A stretch of DNA of 64,000 nucleotides from Narcine bancroftii (taxonomy: Eukaryota), in NCBI RefSeq assembly GCF_036971445.1, contig NC_091475.1, positions 16,058,001 to 16,122,000 of the forward strand. Reading direction: 5' to 3'. The notes beneath the pieces were generated by a model. That model did no database searches and was not told the origin of the DNA. It saw only the letters and a list, made by a program, of their open reading frames with translations. The position numbers and the translations under genes are program-made. This document shows, piece after piece, positions 46,136 to 59,974 of this stretch. Each line of letters starts with the position of its first letter. Position 1 is the stretch's first letter.

Positions 46136-49100
46136 TAGTGAGATAGATTTCTTTGATTTCCCTTAGCCCCTTTCCCTCTAACACTATTTCTCCTTTCCTC
46201 CATCTCTACATTCATAGAACCAACTCCTACCCTGATCATTTCTCACCTTTTCTCTTCTGTACTATCCATGTTCAATTATCACTTTTACTCTCCGCTCCTT
46301 CCCCTGCCCTTTCTTTCCTTCTCCCCAGCTCTTTAATTCAGGTGTCTGCCTGCTTTTTACTCATACCTTGAAGGGTTCTGGTCCGAAATGCATCTTTACC
46401 TCTTATGGATGCTGTGAGACCTGCTGAGTTCCTCAAGCATTTGGGTTTTTCATGCATGTCAGAGGACATACATAACATCACATACAACCCTGAGATTCTT
46501 TTTCCTGTGGGCAAGGCAGAATTACCTTATTAATAGGGCAAAAAATAAAACCTGCTCAACCTACACAAATAAAATTAATCAAAGTGAGAGAAAAATAAAT
46601 CAATAAAGTGCAAAAATGAAAGTCCTTAAATGAGTCCCTAGTCCTTTCTATGGAGCGACGTCATGTTGCAGCGGGCTGAACGAGAAATAAAAGGCAGACT
46701 TGCCTTTTATGGAGAAGCCCTGTAAGGCTGCTCCAGCATTGCTTTTATGGAGAGTGGCTCTGGGAGCCATCCTCCGCAGCTGAGGGAGACTAGGTGAGTG
46801 GTCCAGTAGCGCTGCCCATTATCGTGAGGTCAAACGTACATGCTGAGCAATGGCTGATTTCATTACCCATAATCCCCCATGTGGTTCCAGCAGCATGGGG
46901 AATTATGGTTAATGAAGATGGCCATTGATCCTGCTCTAAAACAGAGGCTCAGCGTGCCTGGCTCCGCCATGCTGTTGTCTGTCTCCTTCCAGCTCAGCTC
47001 GGTGAAGAAGAGCGAGAGCTGGGAGGGGAACGGGAAGAGGACATTTCCAGGTGGCAGGAGTTAACCCGAACCCCAGCACCAGTCACTGTGGGAACACTGG
47101 TGGTGGCTCCTGGGTTGCGGGCTGACGATGTCATCATCCTGGCCCTAAGCAGTGCCTTCAGCGGCATTGCCTTTATGGAGCGAGGCAAAACTACTCGCTC
47201 CACCTCTGGGACTACCTCCTGAAAGGATCAGAGTCCACATCCAGCATCCACTGTTGGCTTTTTTATAAAGGTAGATTCAGTGATGTGAAGGTGGAGAATA
47301 TCCGCCTTTACCTTAGTTTTTTAACCATTATTAAAAGGCCGCTGTTTGATTTGTTATTGAGGAGTGTGATGGTGGAAGGGTGGCAGCTGTCCTGAACCTG
47401 ATGGTTCGAGTCTTGTGGCACCTATGCCTCCTTCCTGATGGTAGCAGCGAGAACAGTGTGTGTGCGCTGTGTTGTGAATTCTTGATGATTGCTGCTGCTC
47501 TCTGACAGTTGCATTCCCTGTAGATATTCTCAATGGTGGGGAGGGCTTTGCCTGAGATGTCCTGGGCTGTACCCACTACCTATTGCTGGACTTTATTCTT
47601 GGGGGTGTTGGTGTCCCCTTACCAGACAGTGATGCAGGTGGCTAGCACACTTTCAACCACACATCTGTAGAAATTTGCTGGAGTTTCCAATGTCATACCA
47701 AACCTCTGCAAAAATTCTGAGGAAGTAGAGGCGCTGATGTGCTTTGTTCACAATGCCTTTAGTGTGTTGGGTCCAGGAAAGATACTCTTGAGATGGTGAC
47801 TCCCAAGAACTTACATTTGTTCACCCTCTCCATCAGTGTATTTACTACAATCACAGCATCTGCAGACATTCATGTTTCACTTCCTTGAGTTGAGTATTAG
47901 TGATTTTGTTTTTTTTAACTTTGTTCAAATGTCCTTAATTTGATGAATTTATCAAATAGAAAAGACAACATAACTTCTGGATGATTAGAATGGACATCAA
48001 ACCCCTTGCATTTACTGCGAGAAAGTCAGAAGAACAGGGGCATTGGCAATTTGAATTTTAAATTTATTTTTAATTAACCAAATGCTTTTTCTTTGAAATA
48101 GGAAATAAAATTTGAAATTGGGAAGTCAGGTTTTTTTTAAACGTCATTTTTAAAGTGAGAAGAGCTGCCATAATTTTTTTAGTGTTCGTGGTTTTAAGGC
48201 AGTATATTTTAACATGAGGAATGATAAGCAGTTTGAATGGATTGATGCTTGATTTAAGTTTCCTCTGCAGTAGTTTTAATACTGTACCCTAAAAAGCCTT
48301 TCAGCATTCTTAGTGCAAGCCAAATGAATAGTTTTTTGGTTTCCGTACATTTTGGCGAGATGGGAAAATAGTGGACCATCCACGTTTTAAGGCCTTTTGG
48401 TGCAGGATTTGTCAGACCAGCTGCACATCGGAGTATGCTGGAACTGGAAGAGCCACAGAAGAGGCAGAAAGAACTTGGATGAAGTGATGCCATTTTATTG
48501 TTGCTGGAAAATAAAAGAATAATTTTTTTAATAAACTTTTTGCATATCAGTAACCTGTGTTATGAAAGCTGTTTACTGGATGAGGAATAATAAAATTGTA
48601 TACTTTTTAACTTGTAATTGCTGTGCAACTTGTGTATTCAAAATAAATATTTTTATTTCCTTGTTAAAATGTTCAGTAAGATGAATGTTTTACTTGTGCT
48701 GTGTTAAGTAGCCTGCTTTGCATTCATAAGTTTCAGATATACAAAACAATAAATTGATTTTTAAAACAAAGTTAACTGAGTGATCAATTATTAGAAATGC
48801 AGCATTACGAATACAGAAACTTTTACATCATGAAATCATACATTCCAATGATATAGTTGTTGGTTTTTGCTGTTTGTGGATCTGTCGGGGACTTTTTTTA
48901 CTTTTGGGTATGTTGTACAGATTTCTTAATTGCCACTGTTAGTGATCAGACCAATACTCTGCAGATTGGGGAGTTGACATTTGCATGATACACCATTGTT
49001 ATAACTATTCAAAGACCAGTACACAGCAAACAACATGGCATAAGTTTTAGAGAACTACCTGGGAATAAATCTGTCAAACTCTGCACTTCTCCATTATGCA

Positions 49101-49449
49101 TTTGCCACCACACATTCTGGCTTTGAAGTGCCTTTATGCAAATACTAAACAACACTCAACTCATCTTTTATCTTGTGGTTTTCTTCCTGAAAAATAATTG
49201 GGAATTGTGATAGACAACTTCAAGATGAACACTTGATATAATTTCAGATTTGCTCTATCACACAGGAAGTTGGAGAAACATTAAATTAACTTTTATTGAA
49301 TTTAGCCGGTTTAATGATGATGACACATTACGTTAGTTCAATTGACCTAAAAATATTTTGCTGCTGATTTTCCATTTGTCCTCAGTCTCTGATGCCGCTC
49401 TTGTCAGTGTCCAGCAATAGTTGGCCAGCATTGATGGGTTCCAGTCACC

Positions 49450-50430
49450 CTGATGCCATTATTCCCTCTGTGCTGGTCAAGAAGCTACAAATTCTGGGCC
49501 TCTGTACCCACCTCTACCACTGGATCCTTGACTTTCTTATTGGAAGACCACAGTCAGTACGAATTGGAAACAACATCTCCTCCTCACTGACCATTAACAT
49601 GGGTGCGCCACAAAGATGCATGCTGAGCCCACTGCTCTTCTCGCTATACACCCATGGCTGGCCACATGCAATTTCAGTGCCATCTACAACTTTGTCGACG
49701 ATGGCTCAGTTGTCGGCAGAATCACAAATGGCAATGAGGAAGCGTACAGGAGGGAGGGACATCAGCTTGTTGAATGGTGTAACGCCAACCACCTTGTGCT
49801 CAATGTCAGCAAAATCAAGGAGTTAATTGTGAACTTCAGGAGGAAGTCAGGAAAACAGCCTAGTCCTCATCGAGGGCTCAGTAGTGGAGAGGGTCAAGAA
49901 CTTCAAAGTTCTGGGTGTCATCATCTCTGAGGATCTGTCCTGGAGCCACCACGTTAATGCAATCACTAAGAAGGTTTGCCAACAGCTATACTTTGAGGTG
50001 TCTTAGGAAGTTTGGTATGTCACTGAAGACTCTTGTAAACTTCAACAGGCTGGTTGCATCACTGCCTGGTATCTCAGGATAAGAAAACACTTAATAACTC
50101 AACCTGTGACATCACACCATTGAGGACATCTACATGAGGTGGTATCTTATAAAAGCAGTCTCTATCAAAGGCCCCCACCACCCAGGCCATCCCCCTCATC
50201 ACTCTTACCATTGGGGGAAAAGGTACAGGAGCCTGAAGACGAGCACTCAGCGGCACAAGAACAACTTCTTCCCCGCTGCCATCAGGTTCCTGAATAATCA
50301 AAGACACGGCCTTACTTTTCATGCACCGTTATAATTTTTATAGTAATGTTGTAAGATGGTTATAATATGTAAGTTTGCACTCAAAAAGGTGCTGTAAAAT
50401 ACTGAATTTCATGGCAATAAATTCTGATTC
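49450..50430 (+). mobile_element. Rex1/Babar-type LINE RT fragment
   Basis: WILDFLIGRPQSVRIG, GAPQ.CMLSPLLFSLYT, FVDD, LNVSKIKELIVNFRR and an AATAAATTCTGATTCTGA tail. Confidence 0.8.
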
Positions 50431-53400
50431 TGACTGCGGGAAGAAGTCCAAGTGTGAAAGCAGAAAATGAATTTGCAATTCATGGTTTTGTATGCTTGAA
50501 ATAGACTTTAAAATAGGTTATATCTAAAAGTGGCGTGTGATAGGGAAATGTTCAGATTTTTTATGATCACCAGCCCATAAAATATATCCAAGAGTGTTCA
50601 GGAAGCAAAATCTTTGTTGTTCCAGGCCTGTGGATAACTGGGAATTTAAATTTTGTTACTATATATTTTTACATAGAATTTGCACGATTTTTCCATTCTG
50701 TAGAGTCCCTACCTTCCTGGAGTGCCCATTCAAACAGTGACAACCAAAACTCCAAATATCCATATCACACTGCGAGCTTAGACAGAATACCTGAAGTGTG
50801 GTATTTAAGGAGGCTGGACGTCATATTCATCAGCCTGTTGTTCACAGATTGCCTGCAGTTCAGACTGCAGGTGATCAGTGAAAATAGCAAGGAGTAAAGG
50901 AGGAATGGGAATGAGTCCTTATTCCTGATCCGATCTTTTAATACATACTGTGTTCCAGGAAATTATTCCCAATTTCCTGGAATGCAGCGGCTATGTAAAA
51001 AAAAGCGTAATTGCTGTGGGTGGTGTGTTCTAACAATGACTGATCCAACAGCTACGCTGTGACTCTTGTCTGTCTTGGAATACCCCACCAGGTCATTCAG
51101 TTAAAGGATATTTGGGAATTGGCTTTGCACTTTTAACACACATCTTTCCTTGTCTCAAAACTGGTAACACTCTCTTGTCAGCCTTTCCTTCGGCACTGTC
51201 ACAAATTTTTGCTTGTCAAAAACTTGAACACTCATTTAAAATGATCATCCTTGGGAATATTAGTGTTTTTTTTCTTGATTATGGCCACTTAATGTCATAG
51301 ATGTTATTTAAATTTGGTAGCATCTGGATGTATTTGCATACAATTAGGTGTTGTACAGTTTTCCTCAATTGCCACTTAATGTGTAACATGGAAGTCTGCA
51401 GACACTGTGATTGTAGTAAACAAATAAAAATGCTAGAGGGACTCAGCAGGTGTACCTTGAAGAAGGTATCTCCTATGGGTGCTGCATGACCTGCTGAATT
51501 CTTCCAGCATTTTTGTGTTTTTACTAATTGGTGATCTGATGTTGGGTTTTATCTCAGTCTTGCAATATGGTTCCTTTTCAATTGTTCCTGCTGTATTTCC
51601 TCATCACAAAACCTTTGACCTCCATCACTGCCCATGTCTTTAAATTCCCTTTCAATCTCTAACTTTTTTCCATCATCATCTAGAAATCAGTTTCTTAAGA
51701 GCCTCGTGATTCAAGTTTATCATTGATACAAATGAATTTAGTCTGCCAGTGTTTTAAATTGAATAAAACATATGTGTTGGAAGGACATTGAAGGGAAGAG
51801 CAAAGTTGAATCATGTCTTGACATATGAATGGCAAAAAAGGAGGGAGGTTACCTTAAGACTGAGAAGAGAAAAGGGACAAATTAAAATGGGATTCTTACT
51901 GAGAGCTTGATTATAGTGAGAATTATTTTGAAAATTAAACCAAAGATCTAAAATTGTTTGAAAAAAATAAAAAAAATTAGTCAAGAAAATAATAAGGTGT
52001 ATTTTATTACATGAGATATTTCACTCTACAAAGCACTCATTTTTGATGGTCGAGTTTTGCTTCCATTCTATTTCTGTCTTTAAGTTGGGCAAAAAGTCAT
52101 GGTAATTATCTGATGAAAATTATCAATCTGTCAAAGGTTGAAGTAGCAACTAAATTTGTATTGTTATCTTCTCCCTGTTCTGTGACTTAGTCATATAATA
52201 CTGTACTCAGTCTGGTATACTTTTTATCAGCTGGGTTAAATGAGGTGGCTTCTGTCAATACAAGATAAGGAGCTCTCTCCCACACATGCTGGAGATTCCT
52301 GCTGAATATCAATTCTGAATTCCATGTACTTCATCACTTGGGTTGAAATATTACCACAAAGTTGTGGCTCACTCTACTTTCCAGGCTTTGTCTGCAGCTA
52401 TCATTTATGGAGTTGTAGAGATATTCAGTATTAAACAGCCTTTAGTCCACCAGCTCCAGGTTGATATTTTTACAGTAATCCTCAACATATTTTAATCTCT
52501 GCATTCCCTTCACCACCACCACCCTCTGATTCTACCAGTCACAAGTGTGGTCAATTTTCAATACCGAGTTAACCTACCAACCCACAAGTTGTCAGGATAT
52601 GGGAGGAAACTGTAGCTCCCAGAGGAAGCACACATGGTCTAGGGCAAATTATACACAGATGGCACTGGACATTAGCAGTGAACCAGTTTCTGGAGCCATG
52701 ATGTGGCAGCGCTACCAGTACTAGATTGTGCTACGCATTGTAAAATTCTGATGCTCCAATTTTTGCTTCTGATCTGAAATGTACTGTAAATATTGGAAGA
52801 TTGAGTAGCATTTAAGGAGGAAAATACATTGACCTGAAATATTGACCTTTATCTCCACAAATGCTACCAGAGGTGCTGAAAGTTGGATGTTTACTGTTTT
52901 TGTTTAATAGAATTAGTTTCATAGAGTAATTAAATCCAATATTCTTGGAAAATGGGAAAACAGATTTTTTTCAACTTTCATTTATAACCATATAACCATT
53001 TACGGAGCAGAAACAGGCCATGTTGGCCTTTCGAGTCCGCACCGGTTCACTGATTTTGTGTGCCCTCTTCAGGCAATGGTCCCGGTAGATCACTTCGATG
53101 GGGGAGGGGGCAAAGGGAGACTCCATTGATCCTCTCTGCCACTCTTTTTGCAAACAAAGTCTGAAACTCATGAAAAATTAATAATTTTTTTTTAATCTCC
53201 CCATTGTTGTATTCAGACAAAATACTCCAGCTAAAACCTTCAGCCACACCCTTATTGGTATAGTCTGTGCCAAAGATATAGTCCTAGCAATCTCTCTCAT
53301 ATAACCCTGGTAATTAAAAATCCTGCTACAATTATCAGTGGAATTGTTACATTTGCCCATCATCCTGCACTTAATGACTCCTGATTATGCCACAAATTAA

Positions 53401-55753
53401 TATTAACATTACAATTAGATTTCCAATTCCTTTATTGCTCCTTGCTACCTCTGTACTCTTACCCTACAGTTCACTAAGACATCTGTTCTCCAATTCTGAT
53501 CTCAACATTCAAAGTTCAGATCTATTATCAAGAGTACATGCATGACATTACATGTAACCCTGAGATTCTTTTTCCTGAGGGCCAGGCAGAATTTCTACTT
53601 AATGGTTGTGCAAATTACTGCACTCAAGAAAAGTTACCTGTACAAAAGAGAAAAATGTGAACAAAGAAAGGAATCCAAATGAACTGACAGTGCAATACAG
53701 AAAATAAATATTCATTAATAAATAACGTGCAAAGTAAGAGACCCTAAATGAGTCTCTGATTGAGTTTGTGGTTGAGGAGTCTGATGGTGGAGGGGTGGCA
53801 ACTGTTCCTGAACCTGGTGGTGTGAGTCTACACCTCTTTCCTAATGGCAGCAAGACCACAATCGTCTGAGTGTGAGGTTGTTGTTATGTGGATGGTATTG
53901 TCAAACTCAGTTCCACAGGTGTAGACTAGAGCTGGGGGAAAAAAATGTCCTGATTGTTCTCAGATCAGATGTTAATTGCTTTATCTTTGCGGATCAAAAG
54001 ATAATGAGAAAAGCAAGAGTCTTTAAATAAGTCAAATTGAATTTGTTTAGGAGTCTGATGGTGGAGGGGTGCCACCTGATCCTGACAAATCAATCTGCAG
54101 TTTATGAATTTGGAGCTACTAAGATGCAAATTTTTAACTGAAGCTTGGATATTTAAATTTTCATTGCATTACACAGTTCTTTTTGTATTTTTTTTAACAT
54201 CTATATCAAAGTACACTGCCCTTGAGGGATGAGAGCTGATTGCCCAGATTCTGTTTGATCTTCCAACTTGCCATTTTGAGTTGTGTTTTTTAAAAACTTT
54301 TCATTATGTATATTTTTGCTCTAAATTGCTGGATTAGGAAACAGACAGCATGTTGGTGAAAATTGGGAAAATGAAACAAATCTGGCGAATGATGATGAGT
54401 CGTTAGGTATAGAAAGAGCAGTAAAGAGGAAATAATAGCAAGAAAAAACATTTGGAATGTTGAAAATGTCAAAAATCTCAAGTTTATTGCACGCAAGAAT
54501 ATAGTCAATTGCTTGAAGTTCTCTGAAAGTTGCCTGATTTCTAATAATGCAGTAATTGGTGGCATCACATGGTTAGTTTTTTTTGTACCTCAGTCCCTGC
54601 TGAGATCAAAATGTTTATTTGAGTCTTTAGAAACTGAGGGTATGAAAACTGAGCAAGGAAGTAAATGAAAGTTACAGATGCAGGAAATCTGAAATAAAAA
54701 TGTAAAATGCTACAGGTCAGACATCATCTGTGGAAAGACGAACAGTGATTTGGGTTAAAGATTCTTCAACATAACTCGTTTAGTAATGATGTAATAAAAC
54801 GGACTGTGATCCTATTCTGATAAAAGCATTAACTCTATTTCTCTTTTCACAGATTGTGATGTTCCTCACATTTTCTATTTTTATGTATGAAATTAGATTT
54901 GGGTTAGAGAGTTGATTGTGATTTGCAAAGGCAGATTAGGCTTAAGGAGCCAGTAGCCACAATACCCGACTGTAAAGCAGCCTATTGTACTCCTGTGCGG
55001 CTGTCGGGTGGCCACCTGAAAGTGGAGAACCCAGCCAGGAGGTTTACCTACCTAACCCTTCTCCAGTTGGTATAATATCCTGCTCCAAGAATCCCCTGTT
55101 GCACCTGAAAGCAGCTAATGTTCACTAATTGTAAGGCTGATTCCTCTTTCACATCTAAATTGATAGTACAGTACTTGGCAAATTTGTTTGTTTCTTGGTA
55201 AATTATTTTTGCGCTAGTTGTAGTTTGGTATTTTAATAAAATCACTCTTCATTGGTATAAAACCAATGGGAATAGTGGAATAATTCCAGATTGAATGACA
55301 ATTAGAGCAAGTTTTAATTGAGTTCTTCCCAGATTTTATATTGTAATTAGATGTGTTCAGATGTAAAGTTGAGTATTAGTGATATTGCTTAGTGTCGAGA
55401 AAGCAGTGTACAATTCACAGAAATTTTGTTGCGCCTTTCTGATGTAAAACACCAATCCTTGATGAAGGGCTCAAGCCTGAAATGTTGGTTGTGTGTCTTT
55501 ACTATATAAACTACACACTTGACCTGCTAAGTTTCTCCATCATTGTTTTTACTCACTTTTTTTTTCCTCTATGGACTTATTTCCGTAATATACCTGACAA
55601 TTCTATTGTCATTGAGTTGGCAATGTGCGAAATGATAAAAGTCAAAATTTTACTTGCATTTTCCATATAGCTGTTAATGGGAGATTATCTACTTTCTGAT
55701 CCAATTGCCATATACCTTAATCCTTTTAGTACCCAAAGGTGTCGTTGAATATA

Positions 55754-56483
55754 CAGCCATGCATTGACTTGTGTCCTGGTTATGTTCTGCAAACGAGGAC
55801 GCAAATCGATTTTGGTGTAAGTCGATCATTGTAGATGAAATATACTGTACAACATAAGATACCATGACACAAATACATGTTCACCTAAACCTCTATATTG
55901 TACATACATGTCTAAATACCATAGTTAATAAAATGTAAATACTGCACAGTACCTATAAAAATATGCATACACAGGTAAAAATAGTAATAAGACTGTATGT
56001 CTCTTCCAAATTGAGGGCACTGCTTTTCTTCTTTGATACTGCCCGAGGCTTGCTTTGGGGTGTTTCGGGGGCGTGATGCACGGTATATTTTCAGATGAAA
56101 TTTGGCCAACGAGATAACACGCAAACAAGAGACCGCATGGAATGTGATTTGATGTTGGTATCTTGTATGCTATCGAGACTAGAAAAGTGTTATGTGCAGT
56201 ATTTTTTTCATAAATAGAGTACACATTAATGTATTAACAATAAAAAGTACATATTATCGAATTCAATTACATATGAACTGTTCTAAATTGTATGCTGTGT
56301 ACCATTACACGGATGGTAATGCAATCACTTTGTTTTGGCTTTTGAGCCCACAGGTCAAATGTGTGACTTAATGTCCGCTAACGCCTGCCAACGTCAGTAC
56401 TGGTGTAAATTTAAAAAATTTTAATAAGCCCTTATGGTGACCTCGGATGTATCTGTGATCAGACGTTACTCAAAGTATGGTTG
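55754..56483. mobile_element. Tigger-type MITE
   Basis: TA|CAGCCATGCATTGA ... TCAAAGTATGGTTG|TA degenerate TIRs. Confidence 0.45.
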
Positions 56484-57176
56484 TATTCCCTCGCACATGA
56501 GCCTCTGTAGCCCTTTGGATTATAGAATTTCCCAGAAAAACATCCCTCCGAAGAAATGTATCATCCTTAGTCTTGAGAAAGCGGGTTCTCAATTTACTCG
56601 GGCTTTCTTTGAACTATACATAAAATTATATTATCTCCCATTCTTTTGTATGCCTATGATCTTAGGCCAAATCCTACCCACCATCTCTCATAGAACACTT
56701 TAATTGAAGAATCAATTTATGAATTTATGGTTAAGTATAGACAAATATACATTGTTCTTTGAAGACTAGATACCAATGGACATGGGTGTGTCTCAACAAG
56801 ATTTCTCAAGAAAACATGATGCAATTTGTCTCCTGTATTTTCTGCACCTGCAAATTAACTTTGCATTTCATATCTAAATATGCACAAGTCTCTGTGCAAT
56901 CGGTTCCACATGGTTAGTATAGTGGTTAGCTTAATGCTGTTGCAGCATTCAGGACTGGGGTTTGAATCCCAAGTTGTCTGTAAGGATTCTCCCCCTGTCT
57001 GCCTGAATTTTCCCTGGGGGGGGCTCTGGTTTCCTTCCATCATTCAAAACATACCGAGGGTTGTAGGTCAATTGAGTGTAATGGACGGTATGGGCTAATG
57101 GACCAAAAGGTCCTGTTACCATGATGCATGTCTAAATTTATAACTTAAAAAAAACTCGCTTCTTGATTTTTAAAAG

Positions 57177-57375
57177 TATTCCATTTGCCTTCCCACTAAA
57201 ATGAATCCTTACTTTAAGCCATTCTTTGCTGCTTTCTTGCCATATTCCATTTGCCTTCCCACTAAAATGAATCCTTACTTTAAGCCATTCTTTGCTGCTT
57301 TCTTGCCATATTCCATTTGCCTTCCCACTAAAATGATTCCTTACTTTAAGCCATTCTTTGCTGCTTTCTTGCCAT
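57177..57375. repeat. 66-bp minisatellite x3
   Basis: Unit TATTCCATTTGCCTTCCCACTAAAATGAATCCTTACTTTAAGCCATTCTTTGCTGCTTTCTTGCCA at 57177, 57243 and 57309, with one mismatch in the third copy. Confidence 0.95.
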
Positions 57376-57879
57376 GCAGTCATGGACAAGTTGATTTTGG
57401 AGGCCTTATCTCTCTTCATAAAGGAATGTTGTCTGCCTAAATGTACTATGATTTTCAGTGTTTTAAGAATGGATTCTATCATGCTCTAATAAAGCCAGCA
57501 AAGATGATGGTTTTGGGGGTGGGGTGGGTGACTGGTTCCATTTGTTATGATTTTACAGAAGCTGTTGTCAGACTAATATCTCCATCGTTTGTACTTTCTC
57601 AATCTTATAGAATCTTGGAAATTAAGGACAACTATTAGTTGCAAATGCATAATCTCTGGAGTTATTTCAAAACATTTATCGCGTATAGGGGATTTGCCAA
57701 CTTTTGTTTCCACTAATTTTACCAGTACCCTTTCTTGACAATATACTGTTTACTGTCAAGAGTTCCCTCTCCCAATCTCCTGTCACCAAACAATTTTATG
57801 TATAGTTCAAAGAAGGCCCGAGTAAATTGAGAACCCGCTTTCTCAAGACTAAGGATGATACATTTCTTCAAAATTATGG

Positions 57880-59200
57880 TGCATAAGACCATTTGAGATA
57901 GGAACAGAATTAGGCCATCTGATCCATCTTCTACTCCACTATTCAAATCGTAGTTGTGACCCAATTCCTTAAGACTCAATTTTCCTGTCCTTTTCATAAC
58001 TTTTGACACCCTTCCTAATCAGGAACCTATCAGCCTCCGCTTTACAATTTACTCAATAACCTGAATTCCACACGTTCACTACCAGAGGGCACCAGTCTTT
58101 CTTCTGTATTCTAAAGGGGCGTCCTTTTATTCGAAGGTTGTGTCCTCTGGTCCTAGACTCCCACGACTTGAAATATATTTTCCATGTCCACTCTATCCAG
58201 CCCTTTCAATATTCGGAACGTTTCAATGAGATCCTTCTCGTTCTTAACTTGAGCAAGTACATCAAACATCCCTTTCACGTTAACTCTTTAATTCCCAGGG
58301 TCATTGTCAAAAACCTCCTCTGGACCCTCTCCAATGTCATCACATCTTTCATTGGGTGTGGGACGCAAAACTGCTCTCGATACTCCAAATGTCTGACCGA
58401 CGCCTTATAAAGCCGTTGCTTTGCTTTTATATTCTGTCCTCTCAAAATTAATGCTAATATTGCATTTTCCTTCCTTGCGACTGTCTCACCTGCAAGGTAA
58501 CCTTTAGGGAAATCTATACTAATAACTTCTAAGCTATGTGGGACCTCCACTTTCTAAATTTTCTCCCCATTTAGAAAATATTCTGCATCTTAATTCCTTC
58601 TACCAAAGTCCACTTCCTTGTGCTTTATTTTATCGGTAATTTCTCTGCTTATTTTCTCAACCTGCTCAAATCCCTCTGCAGACTCCCTGCTTACTCAGCA
58701 ATACTTGCCTCTCCAATATCCATGCATCATCTGCAATCTTGGCCAAAAAGCCATCAATTCTGTCATGAAATAATTTACACAGCGGCACGGTTAGTGCAGT
58801 GGTTAGCACAATGTTATTACATGCAGGCAATCCAGATTTGAATCTGGTGCTGTCTGTAGGAGTTTGTATGTTCTGCCCATGTCAACATGGGGTTCCTCTT
58901 GGTCCTCCAGTTTCCTCCCATGTTCCAATTAAGTATGGGGTTAGTAGATTAATTGGTCACATGGGTGTATTTGTGCAGCTTGGGTTCATGGGCTCTTACC
59001 GTGCTGGAGCAGGCCCAACACCAGCCCCTATAGAATATCAGTCACCCACTCTTAGCCTTCTACCAGTCAGTGAATCTATCCACGCTAGTACCTTTTCCTT
59101 AATAACATGTGCTCCTTTCTTATTTAGCTGCCTTATGTGTGACACCTTGTCAAATGCCTTCTGAAAATCCAAATAAACAACATCCATCAACTCTCCTTTA
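57880..59200 (-). mobile_element. Degraded CR1-type LINE interrupted by a SINE
   Basis: Minus strand DVVYLDFQKAFDKVSH, LYKASVRHLEY..QF and LERVQRRF. SINE at about 58780-58995. Confidence 0.75.
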
Positions 59201-59974
59201 TCTGTCGTGCAACGGATACAGAAGGATATGATGACCATTCTAGATTAATCTGTGCTCATTGCTCATTAATTCCAACACTTTGATACCAAAGTTAAATTAA
59301 TTGGCCTTATTGCCCTGGTTTATCCACTCCTCCCTTTTCAAACATTAGCCCTTTTCATATTGGTTAACCTGTAAATTGGCTGTTCATTGAAATAATTAAA
59401 GAAGCTGTTTTTGCTGTTCACACTGGACCACTGTTAACCTGTTCTCTGTGTTTTTTCACACTCACCACCAGGCATGGGAATTCAGGGAGGAATCCACATT
59501 GCAAAAAAAGAGGTGGTGGGAATGTGGAACTCTCAGAGGAATGGTAGAGATGGGTACAATTGCAACATTTAAAAGCCAATTAGACAGGTACATATATAGG
59601 AAACATTTAAACGGATTTGGGCAAAATACAGGCAAATGGGACTACATCAAGTCAGCACCTTGGCTGGTATGAAAAAGTTGGGATGAAGAACCTAGCTTCA
59701 TGTTGTAAAGCTCTGACTGTAAATCTGCAATTTAGATGATATGCTAAATTTCAATCAAATGCTGGTATTCTGAAGAACTTAAGGCATTTGATGTACCCTT
59801 TGCAACTGTGAAAACAGAAAATGTCTGAATTAGCAGATTAGGTAACATTCAAGGGAAAATGGATTCAGGTCAGTAAATTTTCAACTTTTGCCCTTCTGTG
59901 TTACAAGACATTGATCAAATATTGAGACCATTTGTGTAGGACAGATGCCATTAAGCTGGAAAGGCTCCAGGAAA

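Noticed and set aside
56905-56980. tRNA gene
   Set aside because: The A/B-box-like head continues into a SINE body shared with other copies, and no intact cloverleaf is evident.
57138-57482. ORFs with repeated peptides (WQESSKEWLKVR... / MNPYFKPFFAAFLP...)
   Set aside because: By-products of a 66-bp tandem repeat whose length is divisible by 3. No gene context.
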